A stretch of DNA of 64,000 nucleotides, from assembly GCF_964194155.1 (NCBI RefSeq), contig NC_135910.1, forward strand, positions 18,538,001-18,602,000. The letters are read 5' to 3'. The stretch is from Cetorhinus maximus. Lineage: Eukaryota. This document shows positions 1 to 13,535 of this stretch, piece by piece (the stretch's first letter is position 1; every line of letters starts with the position of its first letter). The notes beneath the pieces were generated by a model. The model made no database searches. It worked only from the letters and a program-made list of their open reading frames with translations, and was not told the DNA's origin. Both the position numbers and the translations under genes were made by a program.

Positions 1-1435
1 AGCCAAATATAGCATAATGCAGAGAGAGCATTCTTCTGGCTTGAACTGTAACATGTCAGATCCATACAACAGAGTAAACCCTCCTCATTTTTCTGCAGCA
101 GACCCCAGTGCCTCTTGTGTAGAAAGTCTAGATTCTTACATTACGGATTCAGTGATTCCCGGTAGACCCTCACAGCCTGCACAATATACTTTGGAGTCAT
201 CAAGACCGGCAAGTTGGCCACAAGCTGTGAGCACAAATCATACATTATCAAGAAATGAAACTGTTTCTACCAAGCAACAACCAAGTCAAGATCTTGTGTG
301 GACCAACAACTTGGCAACTTATAGTGGCAGCAAAGGAAGTTATTCTTATATTGTCCCCAATTCCCAGCCTCCTGAAGAGGTGTCTGCCACTTTTTCCAGT
401 GGTGCTTTGCATAAACTTGACTCATTTGCTCAGGCATTTACAAGACAGAATTTGGATATTCAGTCAAATTCCTCTGTTGCAAAGACCCAGGGTGAAAATT
501 CAGCAGTGTCTGAATTTGATGCTTGTGGAAATGTCTTCAGACAGCTTTTGAGTTACAAAGCTAATTTGAACCAGTGGCAAGCCTTTCCTGAACAGAAGCA
601 TCAAATACTGCAGGAACAGTACTCTCTGCACCAGCAACATCAACAGCAGATAGCAACTTCACTCTTTACACAGGTCTACATGGGAGATCAGGAGGCCTCC
701 CCAATGCAGAACCAAGACCAATTTCAAAACCATATGCTCCAGCTGATCTCTGACACTCAATACAATCTGTCTCAATCCCAGAATTCGGTAAGTCAATCAC
801 AAGTGCTAGTTACCCAGTCCCAGCATGTACTTGCCCAGAAAATTTCATCCCAGATCCAGAATAATGAATCCCAATTGCATCATCCCTCAGAATTAGCACA
901 AGATTTCCAGCATTCCTTAAGGCAGGAAACCACTTCTCCATTTTTACAATTTGAAACCACAAAACAGTGCCAACTCTCCAAGAACATTCTCCCTTGCTAT
1001 CCACAAGAGACAGAAAATACAGAGGAGCAGACAGGACCTGGTTTGCAGTCTGCGTTAAGAGGTATCTCAGAATGTCACAAGATATCCAAGAAGAGTCCAT
1101 TCAAGGCACAACATCCTCTTCAGTCAGTGTGTGAAGAAGAAGTTGTTCAGAATCAGCTTCAGTCACAGTCAGAGCAGCTGGAGGGTTGGTCACTTCCACC
1201 CTGTAGCAACAAGAGAGGCAGAATCTCTAATAAAGATGTGTGTATAAAGCATTACACTGTTGCAGGTAAATCCAGTAAGAGTGTGTCAGTTTCTCGAAAG
1301 GAGCGACAGAAGTTAGATCCCAATTGCACTGCTCCTCCTAGTCAGGTGGCTATGAACTCCTTTTCTGTTCAGAATTCTTTGACGAGGAGTATGGAAGACT
1401 GTCTTCAGGAAGCATCTTTTCATGCTAGTGTCCAG
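1..1435 (+). CDS. ZNF541: ZNF541-like ELM2-SANT zinc-finger protein, large Q/S-rich internal exon (5'-truncated by the window)
   Basis: Frame of ORF 17..1459 is open from the window start; phase-0 donor CAG|gtaat at 1435/1436 fits the next exon. Confidence 0.75.
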
Positions 1436-3264
1436 GTAATTAACTTAATTTCTCATTAGGTTTTCCTTTTAACCCGCTTTTCTTGCCTCCTCTCCTGAAG
1501 GCACTGACTCTTACTAGAGTGCAATTCTGCATGTGGCAGCAGCTCTCCAGTGCCTCTCCCAAGTATTCAGTTTTCCTTGGTAAGTCTAAATAGTGAATGT
1601 TGGCAGGCATTTTAACTGTGAGGACATTTGAGCCTGATCCTTCTTTCAACTGACATCTAAAGATTGCAGGAGGAACAGGAACTTCTTCCTAACCAAGAAC
1701 AATTGTGACGCTCCAACTGTAGCCCCAGATAAGATCAGTTAATGCACCACAGGGTGGAACTGGATCTAAGATCTTGCAGTTTATGTGGGTTAGTACCTAC
1801 CCCACAGAGCAATGCATGTTCCTTCATTTCCATAGGGGGGAGATTTCTTGAGTTTTCCAGCATTTATTGATATGCTAACTGTAATCCAGTGGAAAATATG
1901 GGCTGAAATTGAATATGAGCACAGTGCTAACATGAGTGGCACTGCACTGCTGGTGCCCTGAGAGACATTACATGCAATTTCCACTGGCCCCTCATCTACA
2001 CAGTGCTCATACACTCCTGGTGCAGTGTTTGTCCTCCTACAGAGGCCTGGGAGCTGTATATCCGGGGCGAGAGCAGAAATATACAGGTGGGGTAGGTACA
2101 AAGCCACTGTTGGTAATGCAGGTTGAAATAGGACATTTTCTGTTTTTTGTGCTGAAGGGCAAGTAGGGCAGCCTATATCTGGTGAATTCTCTTGAATGTC
2201 AGTAGTACAGTACACACAAAAAGGAGCAAATTGATTTGAACCAAAGAAACAAGCAATATGATATTGAAAAATACCTGCGCAAAAACTGATCTCCCCAGAA
2301 GCATAGGATGGGTATTTCGAAGACTATTACTGGTGGATGTGTGCTAGTAGGAGTGTGCTTTGTTCCAGCTTTTAAAAGTGCACAGCACTGACCTGCCAAT
2401 GGGGCAACACCTTGGAATTCTGGAGCAGGTGGGACACACGAATGGCGCAGAATAGAACAGCTCCAGCTCATGCCCATGAGAAAACACAGGACAAGCAAAG
2501 TTGAGCAGTTGGAGCCAAACCCGCTCTGTATCTGGACCACAAGAATAGAATTTCAGACCTTTTGTTCTTGTGTTTTTTTTTTAAATTTTGAAATATCTTC
2601 ATGGAACACAGTCTCCCAGGCCATCCTAATGGGACATGAGGTGACTGAGGTGATAACCTTTGATTTTCCGTTCCTTTGAGGCAAGCTGAACACCTTCCTA
2701 TATACGAGATCGGAAACTGATAACGGAGACACTGTCAGAGCAATGTTCTTGTTTAGCATAATGTTTTAGAATTTTTTTGACCACAAGCACTGTATTTGTT
2801 CTGTAACAGTTTTAAAACCTTTCTGTATAGCGAGCCCCTGGAAATATTGACATGTTCCTGGGGACTCCCTACAAATGTTGACACTCCCTCAGCCATCCAC
2901 TGCCCTAAATTCCAAAAGACTGTCAGCTGCCTGAAGGGAAACAATGCCACAAACTTAACAAATACAAAAGAGAGAAAATATAGAATTCTCAAGACACTGC
3001 CTGAAATGTATGGTACAGCTGGCTCCAGATATTCAGAAATTTGATCATCTCGGACCTCTTAGGAACACAAGTCCCAACTTGAATACTTATATTTTATATT
3101 ATAGAAATAAAAGTATAGAACAGCACTTTAGACTCAACAACATAAAGCACTTAAATGTTTTTTTGATTCTATTTCCCGTAAAAACCCTCGATCCAAAATA
3201 TCCCCACTTGCAAAGCTCTTTTAACCTTCTGTTATCCTGTATGTAATGAGCTTTGACTTTTCAG

Positions 3265-3329
3265 GGTGAAGATATTTACAGTCTTTCCAGCATGCCACAA
3301 GAGGGAGATGGATCGTCAACAGTGTTGTG
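3265..3329 (+). CDS. ZNF541: ZNF541-like exon (GEDIYSLSSMPQEGDGSSTVL)
   Basis: ttttcag acceptor, TG|gtatga donor; phase 0 in, phase 2 out, exactly bridging the flanking exons. Confidence 0.65.
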
Positions 3330-3938
3330 GTATGAGATTTTCCTTTGTAAAAATATATATGTAGAGAGGATGGATGACATCTGCTCATGGTTCCATTGAT
3401 TTGGGGGTGGGTGAGCGGAGATTTTAGTGCCATTGAGTAGTGGGATGCAAGTTTCTACCTGTGTCCCTGAACAGTGAGCTGTTGATTTTTGTGTGATCAC
3501 TTTGGTGTTTGAGTAAAAGACAGTTGATATCCTGAAGGGCACTCTATCAGATATCTAGTCAGAGGCCTGGAGCAGACCACCATCCTGTCCTCTAGTCAAA
3601 AATGGGATGTGGTGGGTATGAAACATAAGGGAAATCAGAGAAATATTTTAAGAATATGCTAGTAAAAAGATTAACGATGTGCTGTGCCAAATTTGCTTTG
3701 TTAGCCCTATCTGGGATAATTTTGGCAGAGTGCACCGCAAATGAGTACCACTGATACCAAAAGCTTAGCTCCTCAACCTCCTCTTGGGTCTAATGTAAGT
3801 AATCCCGCACGTGTGAGAATGCATTATACAGTGCAAGCTCACAGCTTGGCAGGTGCCTTGAAAGTACATTAAACAACAATGTTAAAGGGGCTGGAGCAGG
3901 AGGATCCCCAGCACTATTCCATTTTGTCCTAATTCTAA

Positions 3939-4557
3939 GGCCTGAATTTTTTAGTCGGCGTGCGGGCCTGACACGCCAGCGTGTAAAATGATGCGCGATG
4001 ACACCGACGTCGTCGCGATGTTTCGTTCAGTGGGCGCACACCGGAGTCAGTTACGCGCCCACCAATAACTGATAGGCCTATTAAGGCCTTTGACAAATTA
4101 ATTAATGTAATTGTTTACGTTGACCATCCAACATTAAGGTTGGCGGGCACTCGAAAAGGGAAGTGGCCTCCTCGATTTTTAGGAAACCTCATCCACAAGT
4201 GGGATGAGGTTTCCTAAAGCTTTTATTAATTAAATTTTAAAAATTCCTGAAATATAAAAACATCCCATGAGGGGACATGTTTAATTAAATTTTTAATCCA
4301 TTTATTTTTTTTTAGCAATCGCTTCAATCTCCCTGAGGCAGCTTGTGCCTCAGGGAGATTGAAGTACTCAGCGCTGGCCCTGACTCTCCCTCCCCCCCAC
4401 CCCCGCCCACATAGGTAGTTCTGAGCGCTACGGCTCACGTCTTATGCTGGGTGGGCCTTAATTGGCTTGCCTGCATAAAATGGCGGCGTGGAGCTGATCG
4501 CGGGCAGCAGTCGGCTCTGTGACCACCGAGCCCGTCTGCCAAATGAAAAATTCAGGC
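3939..4557. mobile_element. Non-autonomous PIF/Harbinger-like MITE
   Basis: TIRs GCCTGAATTTTT...AAAAATTCAGGC; internal palindrome GGAAACCTCATCC..GGATGAGGTTTCC shared with 20156-20713. Confidence 0.7.
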
Positions 4558-5026
4558 TGAAGAATTTGTACACGTGATTTTAGAAAATTATACGGTAACC
4601 AATTATAGATTTTTACTTTGTTACAGATGTGTTTTTAGAATACTGTTGTAACTATAATACAGCTAAGACCATTTTCCCCAGATACACTTTCCCAGAAGCT
4701 GCTGTGCAGTTCACCATTTTGTGTACACTGAAGTGATGAAGGCACCAAAACTTAGCTGAGGAAGCAGTACTGCTAGGTCTTATACGAGCATTTTGCCCTG
4801 ATCCGTACTTCATGACATTAAATAAAATCTGCGTGTAAACCCATATGACACCCATCTGCAGATAAATTATGTCGCTGCAGTCTCTTCAAACACACTCAGG
4901 TGTGACCACGAGAAAAACCAATAGAGCAAGGTCATAGCTAAGGTTATTTCAGATGCAGAACAGGGGAAAGAGATTAGTGCCCAATTTTCTTATCTTCCTT
5001 CCTTTTCTTGGTGCAATTTGGGAATT

Positions 5027-5110
5027 TGAGAAACATCTGCCCTCAGTTCTCCGTCTCATGACACTCCTGAGAAACATCTGCCCTCAGTTCTCCGTCTCAT
5101 GACACTCCTG
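5027..5110. repeat. 41-bp tandem duplication
   Basis: TGAGAAACATCTGCCCTCAGTTCTCCGTCTCATGACACTCC twice. Confidence 0.9.
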
Positions 5111-5439
5111 CAGTCTTCATGACCTCGCCCTCCATTACTTAACCTGTGGCCTGGGTGACTCCTGAGACTCTGGTGCATACTGGCAGCAGCCACAGCCCCC
5201 CCGGTGGCTCTGCTGTGCACAAGAGCTACCCAGGAGAAAGCCAGCTGGTGGCCTCACCACTGCCTGATTGACTTGTGGTTTAGCAGGTTTCCTGAAAAGT
5301 GGCAGCGCAGGTCTCTTGTCGGCTCTCCAGCCGGCAGGCAAGAGCCTTGATGCCTCAACAAGATTCCACCCTGTATTTGAGGCTTCCAGCACTAACCGTC
5401 TTCCTTTTTTCTTGATTTTACCTAACCTTCAATACACAG

Positions 5440-5614
5440 CAGGGACTTGGTGAGTAGCAGCACTTCCCAAAATTTGGATGAAAATGAAGAGAACTTCAGG
5501 TGCGAAAGATGTCAAGGTGTTTTCCATTTTCTAAAAGGACTAAACTGCCACACTTGTCCACGGGAAGGAATGGGAAAGCAGCATTTATTGGAAGATGGCA
5601 TTAAGTCACAGAAG
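5440..5614 (+). CDS. ZNF541: ZNF541-like exon with central zinc-finger-like motif FRCERCQGVFHFLKGLNCHTC
   Basis: Pyrimidine tract plus cagcag acceptor (start 5440 or 5443), AAG|gttagg donor; phase 2 to 0. Confidence 0.75.
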
Positions 5615-6244
5615 GTTAGGAAAATTATACACATTCGGAGTCATTTGGGAAGTCAGGATCAAGGGAATTACTCTCAGTGCATTAGTGATGCTGTAGGCAT
5701 AAGTAAAGGGATCTGCAACTACTGAAGTTTGTGAACTTACTTTTGGCTTTAGCAGAGTGCTAGTGCAGCTGCGATTGTGCCACAGAACCACTCTTGAGTA
5801 AGAAACGGCGTGGTTCAATTAGTTACAAGAAGCACAGCGGTTTAATATGATAGCTTAATAGATATGATGCTGAATGGCAGCCTAGATGATTGTGAGTTAT
5901 AATCTCACCATGGGTGAACTTGTTACCAAGGAAAATGCCGTTGAAAGCTGACCAGGTTGTCATAAAAAAATTTAACTGTTACCTCTGTTCCAAGGAACTA
6001 ATCTGGTTTCTGATGCTTTTTGTTCTGTTGCTGGGGCCCACAGCTCCCCGTCTGGAAGATAGTACAGCTCAACTCAGAATGTTCTGAACTTTACTGATTC
6101 ACAGGCTGAGGTTTCACCCCTTACAATGAACTCAGAACTGGCAAAGATCATCTGTAATTACCATTGGGTTTCACCAGTTTGGGGAACTGCTGAGAAATTT
6201 CAGCCTACCCAACCCCTTAGTATACTACTTTATCAAAATACATA

Positions 6245-6992
6245 CATACGATTATACAAATTAGGAGTTGGACTAGGCCATTAGGCCCCTCAAGCCTGCT
6301 CTGCCATTCAATAAGGTCATGGTTGATCTGATTGTGGCCTCAATTTCACATTCCGCCTGCTTCTGATAACCTTGTATAGCTACCTTTGCTTTAAAAATAT
6401 TCAATGATCCTGCCTCCACCGCTCTCTGGAGAAAAGTTCCAAAGATTCACGACCCTTTGAGAGAGAAAAAAATTCCTTCTCATCTCCATCTTAAATGGGA
6501 GACCCCTTATTTTTAAACTGTCCCATAGTTCTAGGTTCTCCCATAAAGGGAAACGTCCTTTCAGCATCCAACCTGTCAAGTCCCCTCAGGATCTTATATG
6601 TTTCAATAAGATCACCCCTCAATCTTCTAAACTCCAATGGATGCATTGGCCCAGCCATCCAACCTTTCGTCATAAGATAACACGCGCCCCCCCCCCCCCA
6701 TTCCAGGTATCAGTTGAGTGAACATTCTCTGAACTGCTTCTGACGCATTTATATCCTTTCTTAAATGAGGAGACCAAAACTATACTAAGTACTCCAGACG
6801 TGGTCTCACCAACGTTCTGTTGCTACAACTGTAGCAAAACTTAACAATTTTATATTCCATTTCCCTTGCAGTAAATACCAACATTCCATTTGCCTTCCTA
6901 TTCACTTGCTGCGCCTGCATGCTAACTTTTTATGATTCATGTACCAGGACACCCAAATCCCCCTGTACTTCAAGAGTTCTATAATCTCTCTC
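6245..6992 (-). mobile_element. CR1-type LINE 3' fragment
   Basis: LEFRRLRGDLIETYKILRGLDR and MRRNFF.QRVVNLWN, typical CR1 ORF2 C-terminus. Confidence 0.88.
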
Positions 6993-7161
6993 CATAGATA
7001 AATTAAGAATATACTAGTAGAGTGCTTATGTTATTAGCCTAGTAATCTAGGGGTCTGGGCTAATCTTGAATTCATGAAACATGGGTTCAAATCCAAACAT
7101 GGCAGCTGTGAAATTTAAAAAAAAATCTAGAATAAAAAGCTAGTATCAGTAATAGTGATCA

Positions 7162-7890
7162 AGTATCTTGAGTATTGCTGAAAAAAGAGACGTATCAAAG
7201 CTTTCTTGCATGCTTCGCAAGACTACCAATATAAAGGGAAAACAACAATTTGTACTGTTAGAAGAGAGTGCTGATTGGTTGGCAAGTGGACTCTAATTGG
7301 CAGAGGCATTGCCATGGAGAATGCACCAGTGATGGTGGCTGACAGTTAACTGCCAAACATTGTTTGAAATTTGAACCAGGCAGCTTGACCCTGATTGGTC
7401 AAGGCATTGTCCTGAGGAATGATTCAGTGAATGGCTGTCACTTACATTGATTAGCTGAAACAGGCGCAATGTATTTATGGAGTGGCATATTTGCGTGTAC
7501 TGGAATCTACATATGTTAATACTCAGGGCCTGTTCTTTTCAAACAGAAAGAAAATGTGCACATATTGTGCCTGTTTTAGCTAAACAAAATAAGTGACAGC
7601 CACTCATTGACTCATTCCTAAGGGCAATGCCTTGACCAATCAGGGTCAAGCTGCCTGGTTTAAATTTCAAACAATGTTTGGCAGTTAACTGTCAGTCACC
7701 ATGACTGGTGCATTCTCCATGGCAATGCCTCTACCAATCAGGGTCCACATGCCAATCAACCAGCACTCTCTTCATACTGTATAAATTGTTGTTTTCCCCT
7801 TACATTGGTATTCTTGCGGTGTCCTGATGAGTGCAAGATGAAAAGCTTCAACATGTCTTTTCTGCAATACTCAAGTTCTGTTCTATCAAA
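7162..7890. mobile_element. Fold-back (inverted) Penelope-like non-autonomous element
   Basis: About 300-bp arms (7167-7472 and 7560-7875) are reverse complements; hammerhead core in the right arm. Confidence 0.75.
7819..7854 (+). ncRNA. Minimal type I hammerhead ribozyme motif
   Basis: GTGTC-CTGATGA-GTGCAAGAT-GAAA-AGCT-TC-AACAT: intact core, palindromic AGCT stem III, imperfect stem I. Confidence 0.55.
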
Positions 7891-8316
7891 TGACCATGTA
7901 TCTACTGGATTATTGTAAAAAAAAAAAGACGTCTGGTTTACCAGCATCCCTTAAGGAAAGAAAGCTGCTGTCTTTACTGACCTGGCCTATATTTGACTGC
8001 AGACAAAGCAATGCCCTCTGAAATGGGTCCAGTTGTACCAAATCTGTACTAAAAAGCCAGTGAGTGTATGGTAGCGGTTCATAAAGGCAGCTCACCAGCA
8101 TCTCTCAAGGACAGTTGGGGATGGGCAGTGAGTGCTAGCCTTGCCAGCAGTGCCCACATCCTGCGAATGAATATTTTTTTAAATGCATATATGAGTATAT
8201 ATTATATATAGAGAGAAAGGATGATATCAGTAGGTTTTCTTTTATCAACTCGAACCATTATAATAGGCTATTTCTAAGTAATGTGACAAAATATTATTTT
8301 GTAATTCTAACTTTAG

Positions 8317-8586
8317 GTGACTGATAATGGAATTGAGAAAATGGAGCATGGTGGATTGTTCTTTCAGTACCTGGAGGATAAACTCAGTGCTCTTCTGCTC
8401 AAGAAGCCATTAGAGGAAAGTGTGACGATGCCTCTAGTGATTCCAGTCTCTGTACCTGTGAAATCTACTGGACCCAAGAAAGATGGCAAAACAGGGAAAT
8501 CTGAAAATTCACCGGTTACACCAAGGAAGTCGGTCACAACAAGGCTGACTGATTTAGTAGTGTCCTCAAATGACAGCTCTGCCCAG
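8317..8586 (+). CDS. ZNF541: ZNF541-like exon with MPLVIPVSVPV motif
   Basis: ctttag|GTG acceptor, CAG|gtgaga donor; motif typical of the TRERF1/ZNF541/MIDEAS family. Confidence 0.85.
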
Positions 8587-9065
8587 GTGAGAATGGTCTT
8601 GTAAAGTTTAACTATTCCGGTGTAGTCATCACGCAAACGGATTTGAGCGTCAACCCCAGCAGCATGTAACTGAAGTGAAAACAGAAGTAGCTGGAAACGA
8701 GCAGAGAGTCAGGCACTTGAAATAGGAAAATAGGACTATATTTCAGAAGGGATCTTTATTAGATCCAGTGAGGGAGGTTTTGGTTTGGTTTCAGATTTCC
8801 AGCATTTGTGGCTTTTCTTACCTCTGAGTGACTTGGGACTGTATGTATGAACAGTGTTGCATTCACTATAATAGCCACAGCCGCTTTTCTCTTATGAGTC
8901 AGCACATTATGTTATAAGGGATTAATATTTCTATGGTGACATCACACAGCATAAGACAGCACCTCCCAACAGTGCAGCACTCCCTCAGTGTTGCACTAAA
9001 ATGTATATTACTTTGGAGATTTATAGTTTGAAATGTGTGTTACTTTTGAGATTTATATGTTGTAG

Positions 9066-9411
9066 GTCACGGAAACTGGCAAACAAGCAAACGTAAATTG
9101 TAGAGGCCACTCCAAAAAGCAACGAAGGAAGCGATCTCGTCCAGAACCCCTATTTATCCCAACTCCAGCATCAAATCAAACTGGGGTGCTGCCAGGGATG
9201 GTGCTGTACCAGAGCCATATGCGTTCCCCCGTTTGCTTAGCTGATCATCTTCTAGAGAAAAATTTTCAACCTCCGCCATACACGCCTCCACCGATGTTAA
9301 GTCCCATCCGTCATGGCTCAGGGCTTTACTTTAACAGGATCTGTTCTTTGCCAGGGAGCAAGGGACCGCACAATACATACGCTCCTAAAGGAATCCTGGG
9401 CAGCGTTATAG
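9066..9411 (+). CDS. ZNF541: ZNF541-like exon (RPEPLFIP, LYQSHMRSP, PYTPPPMLSPIRHGSGLYF)
   Basis: Family-conserved motifs; tgtag acceptor, G|gtaaac donor; phase 0 to 1. Confidence 0.9.
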
Positions 9412-11315
9412 GTAAACTGTTTTTTAATGCTTTACTAATATTTGTCTTTACAACATTTTTGCTGCTATGTAGTACTTAAGATTTTTGTGTAAAATTAATC
9501 TATACAATTTTAATGCAGTTGTTAATTCATTTAAAATGAGTGAAGATCATGTTAAAAGGTTTAACGACCAAATTAAAATAAGGCATAACGGATTATTTGA
9601 ATATGTAAAGCAGTATCCCGTTAAAGGAAGTTAAATCGTTGGGTGGTTGTTACCGAAGTCTCACCAGATAATCTGTAAAACCATTTAGAAAAAAACAGTA
9701 GTTCAAAATAATGTCCATGCACATTTACGCTTTTTAAAGTGTATTTTAGAAATGTCTGAGATATCAGTATTGAGGAATAGAACGCTTCCATTTTAGGTAA
9801 CCACTGTCAGATTTAAGCATTTCAGGTTAAATTTGGCACAGGTTAAATACAGGGTATAGTGCCCTCTATGTTACCTCACAATTCCTATTGTAGTATCCTA
9901 ATATCCTAACGTAAAACTGTCACAGGTCAACATTAAATTGGCTGTTTCACTCCAAGAGGCTACATGATGGCTGATGTGGGAAATTTATTAGTATTGCGTT
10001 GGTGACAGTTGGGGGGCATCTAATGCGATCAAGGCTAAGGCACTTTTGGGGCAAGATGGAGAGAATTTTACTTTGCATCCATTAAATCTGACCTCCAGGA
10101 GCTTGATTCTGATGCAGGGTGGCTAAAGTGGAAATATGTACCATTCACCAGTGCTAATATCCATCAACCGAAGAAAACAAGTCATGGAGACTATGTGGAG
10201 CTTCTATTAATAGCGAGTGGGACCTGGATGTGGAAGTCCAGCCCCCACTTCCTTCATGAAATTTTTGCGGTAGGGGAAAGGGGGCGGGGCAGGCTTCACG
10301 CATGAGGGAAACTCGATCTCAGCAGGGCCACTTGAGCTCAGTGCTGAGTTCAAAGCACCCCATTTTTGCTGCTGCAAAGGACTTAACTTGCAGTGTGGGA
10401 TTCACATATTTATGGAGTAGATGTAAAGGCTCTTGATGGAGAAGATCTGTATGATGTAAAGTTATTAAGGTGTCAGTGAGAGTTAAATAAAAAACTGTTC
10501 TAGCAGTTTCACGAGTCAATGTTGACATTTCCCTAAGGGATCTTTATAAATGCTTGGTTAACTTCCAAAAGCTACAATTATCTCAACAGGGGATTCTGAG
10601 CTCACAGTTAGATTGGCAGATAAAGAGGCTATTAAAGGATTAGCTGTCTTTGATGTGGGGTATGAATAGAAGTTTGTTTTTAGAAGAGATTAAGCACTTA
10701 ACTTGAAAAAAAATGTTCGGGCTATTATGTATGGGATTTTTAAAATTTCAAGTGTGTATAGTGAAATCTATATTAGATTTTCAGAGCTTCATTTAATCTC
10801 CACATGGCTCCTGAGGTCTGCCCAGAATGGATACTGGGTGAGTTGACTTAAGTTGGTATGGGGTATAAGGAGCCTTGGGGGTTGTGTAGGGGGCATGTTG
10901 GCATGGGGGTATAATGAGTCTTTGAGGGGGGTGGGGGGCGATGCTAGAAGGCCTAAAATATTATAACACAACCGGGACATCCAAGTACCAGAAAACTCAG
11001 GCAAACTTTCAAACCAACCAGCCTTGGCATTTGCCTGTTCCTGTGGCCACCTATTCTCTATCTGGGATCAGTGGCCTGACTCTATCGCACATCTGTCCCC
11101 TGAGTGAAGATTGTGACATTCGGGGGCCTTTTTTCTTGGTTGGTGGGGCAAGCTGGGAAATTTCCCAACTCAAGCTATCTGCCTCTGTAGCAAAAATTCA
11201 GGCCCATAACTTGAGACACATTGTGAATATCAGGAACGAGTGTGCACTGGCCTGATATATTTTTTGTGTTGGACTAAGTTTTGTTTTATTCTTTATAAAA
11301 TTCTGTCCTTTCCAG

Positions 11316-11379
11316 ATGGTGTAGATGGAATTTGTGGCATCTCTGTGGTTAAAGATGACTCCATAGTTTCCATAGAACC
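11316..11379 (+). CDS. ZNF541: ZNF541-like exon (DGVDGICGISVVKDDSIVSIEP)
   Basis: tttccag acceptor, CC|gtaagt donor; phase 1 to 2; resembles the recalled ZNF541 pre-ELM2 segment. Confidence 0.85.
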
Positions 11380-11804
11380 GTAAGTTATTTATTAAATTTC
11401 AGTCCACTATATCAGCATTTATTGTCCAGAAGATAGAACAAAAACCCTTTTAATTTGTTCCTTTGGAGTGAGGACAATTTTTGCATTATGTTAAGAGTCA
11501 ACATTAGTAGGAATGTTGTAAAACATTGGTTTCCTTCTGCTGATTACAGTACGTTGAGCTTTGCTGGAAAATGTGCTCATGTGGATGATGAGTAAGGGAG
11601 TGGGGGAGATCAAGTGCAGGTGTGATTTCCTCCCACCCACCTGCCAGCTGAGTAGATCGCTAACGTGCATTATCCTTGTATACACGCCTAATTAGCAAAT
11701 TATTTTCTACATTTATGGAATGTGGGCATCACTGGGAATGTCAGCTTTTATTGTTTGTCCCCAATTGTCCTTGAGAAGGTGGTGCTAAGTCATCAGGCTA
11801 GGAC

Positions 11805-12965
11805 TTAAATGAAAACAAAAATACCTGGAAAAACTCAGCAGGTCTGGCAGCATCTGTGGAGAGGAGCACAGTTAACGTTTCGAGTCCGCATGACTCTGCA
11901 ACAGAACTAAGGAAAAATAGAAAAGGGGTGAAATATAAGCTGGTTTGGGGCGGGGGGGGCGGTGGGACAAGAAGAGCTGGATAGAGGGCCAGTGAAAAGT
12001 GGAGGTAACCAAAAGATGTCACAGACAAAAGGACAAAGAGGTGTTGAAGGTGGTGATATTATCTAAAGGAATGTGCTTATTAAGGGTAGAAAGCAGGACG
12101 AGCAAGGTACAGATAGCCCTAGTGGGGGTGGGGTGGGGTGAAGGAATCGAAAAAGGCTAAAAGGTAGAGATAAAACAATGGATGGAAATACATTTAAAAA
12201 TAATGGAAATAGGTGGGAAAAGAAAAATCTACATAAATTATTGGAAAAAATAAAAAGGGGGGAAAATTGGAAAGGGGGTGAGGATGGAGCAAAAGGGTTC
12301 ATGATCTAAAATTGTTGAACTCAATATTCAGTCCGGAAGGCTGTAAAGTGCCTAGTCGGAAGATGAGGTGCTGTTCCTCCAGTTTGCGTTGAGCTTCACT
12401 GGAACATTGCAGCAGGCCAAGGACGGACATGTGGGCATGAGAGCAGGGTGGAGTGTTGAAATAGCAAGCGACAGGGAGGTCTGGGTAATGCTTGCGGACA
12501 GACCGAAGGTGTTCTGCAAAGCGGTCACCCAGTCTGCATTTGGTGTCTCCAATGTGGAAGAAACCGCATTGGGAGCAACGAATGCAGTAGACTAAGTTGA
12601 GGGAAGTGCAAGTGGAATGCTGCTTCACTTGAAATGAGTGTTTGGGCCCTTGGACGGTGAGGAGAGGGGAAGTGAAGGGGCAGGTGTTGTATCTTCTGCG
12701 GTTGCATGGGAAGGTGCCGTGGGAGGGGGTTGAGGTGTAGGGGGTGATGGAGGAGTAGACCTGGGTGTCACGGAGGGAACGATCTCTACGGAATGCCGCT
12801 GGGGGGGTGAAGGGAAGATGTGTTTGGTGGTGGCATCATGCTGGAGTTGGCGGAAATGGCAGAGGATGATCCTTTGAATGCGGAGGCTGGTGGGGTGATA
12901 AGTGAGGACAAGGGGGACCCTATCATGTTTCTGGGAGGGAGAAGGAGGTGTGAGGGCGGATGCAT
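11805..12965 (-). mobile_element. Penelope-like retroelement 3' part with GIY-YIG endonuclease
   Basis: ORF 12299..12628: NLVYCIRCSQCG..HIGDT..RL.DRFAEH...GLNIEF; terminal repeat with hammerhead-like motif at about 11868-11910. Confidence 0.88.
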
Positions 12966-13289
12966 GATGTAGTTTAAAAATTAGAGCCAGACCTTTCAGG
13001 AGTGAAGTTAGGAAATGCTTCTACAGACAGAGTAGTTAAAGTTTGGCATTCTCTTCTGCAAATGGCAACTGATGCTGGATCAGTTGTTAATTTTAAATCT
13101 GGCATTGTAAGATTTTTGTTAACCAAAGGTATTAAGGGATAAAGGGCAAAACCGATTATATGAAGACAGTATGCAGACCAGCCGTGATCTCATTGAATAG
13201 CAGAACTGGCTTGAGGGGCCAAATGGCCTTCTCCTGTTCCTAGAACAGTTAGGTAGCTTGCAAGTCCATTTCAGAGGGTCAACCACAAT

Positions 13290-13535
13290 GCTGTGGTCTG
13301 GAATCACATTTAGGCCAGAGCAGATAAGGATAACAGATTTTCTTCCCAGTAGACATTAGTGGTGGATTTTTATGACCATCCAATTGTTTCATACTAACTT
13401 TTTCATTACAGATTTATTAACTGAATTTAAATTCCTCAGCAGCTGTGGTGGGAATTGAACTTGTTTCACCAGATCATTAGTCCAGGCTTCTGGATTACTA
13501 GTCCAATAACATAGCCACTATGCTACCATACCCCT
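13290..13535 (-). mobile_element. tRNA-derived SINE (HE1-like), degenerate
   Basis: Similar to the SINE copies at 39355-39700 and 47790-48090. Confidence 0.55.

Larger units (their letters stand above)
7010..8185 (+). mobile_element. tRNA-derived SINE with LINE-like 3' tail (HE1-like), split by the fold-back element
   Basis: B-box-like GGGTTCAAATCC at about 7083; tail GGGATGGGCA..GCCCACATCC shared with the LINE at 42112-42865. Confidence 0.6.

Noticed and set aside
2158-2560. Exon-like stretch in a ZNF541 intron
   Set aside because: All frames close shortly after the candidate acceptor; not needed for phase continuity
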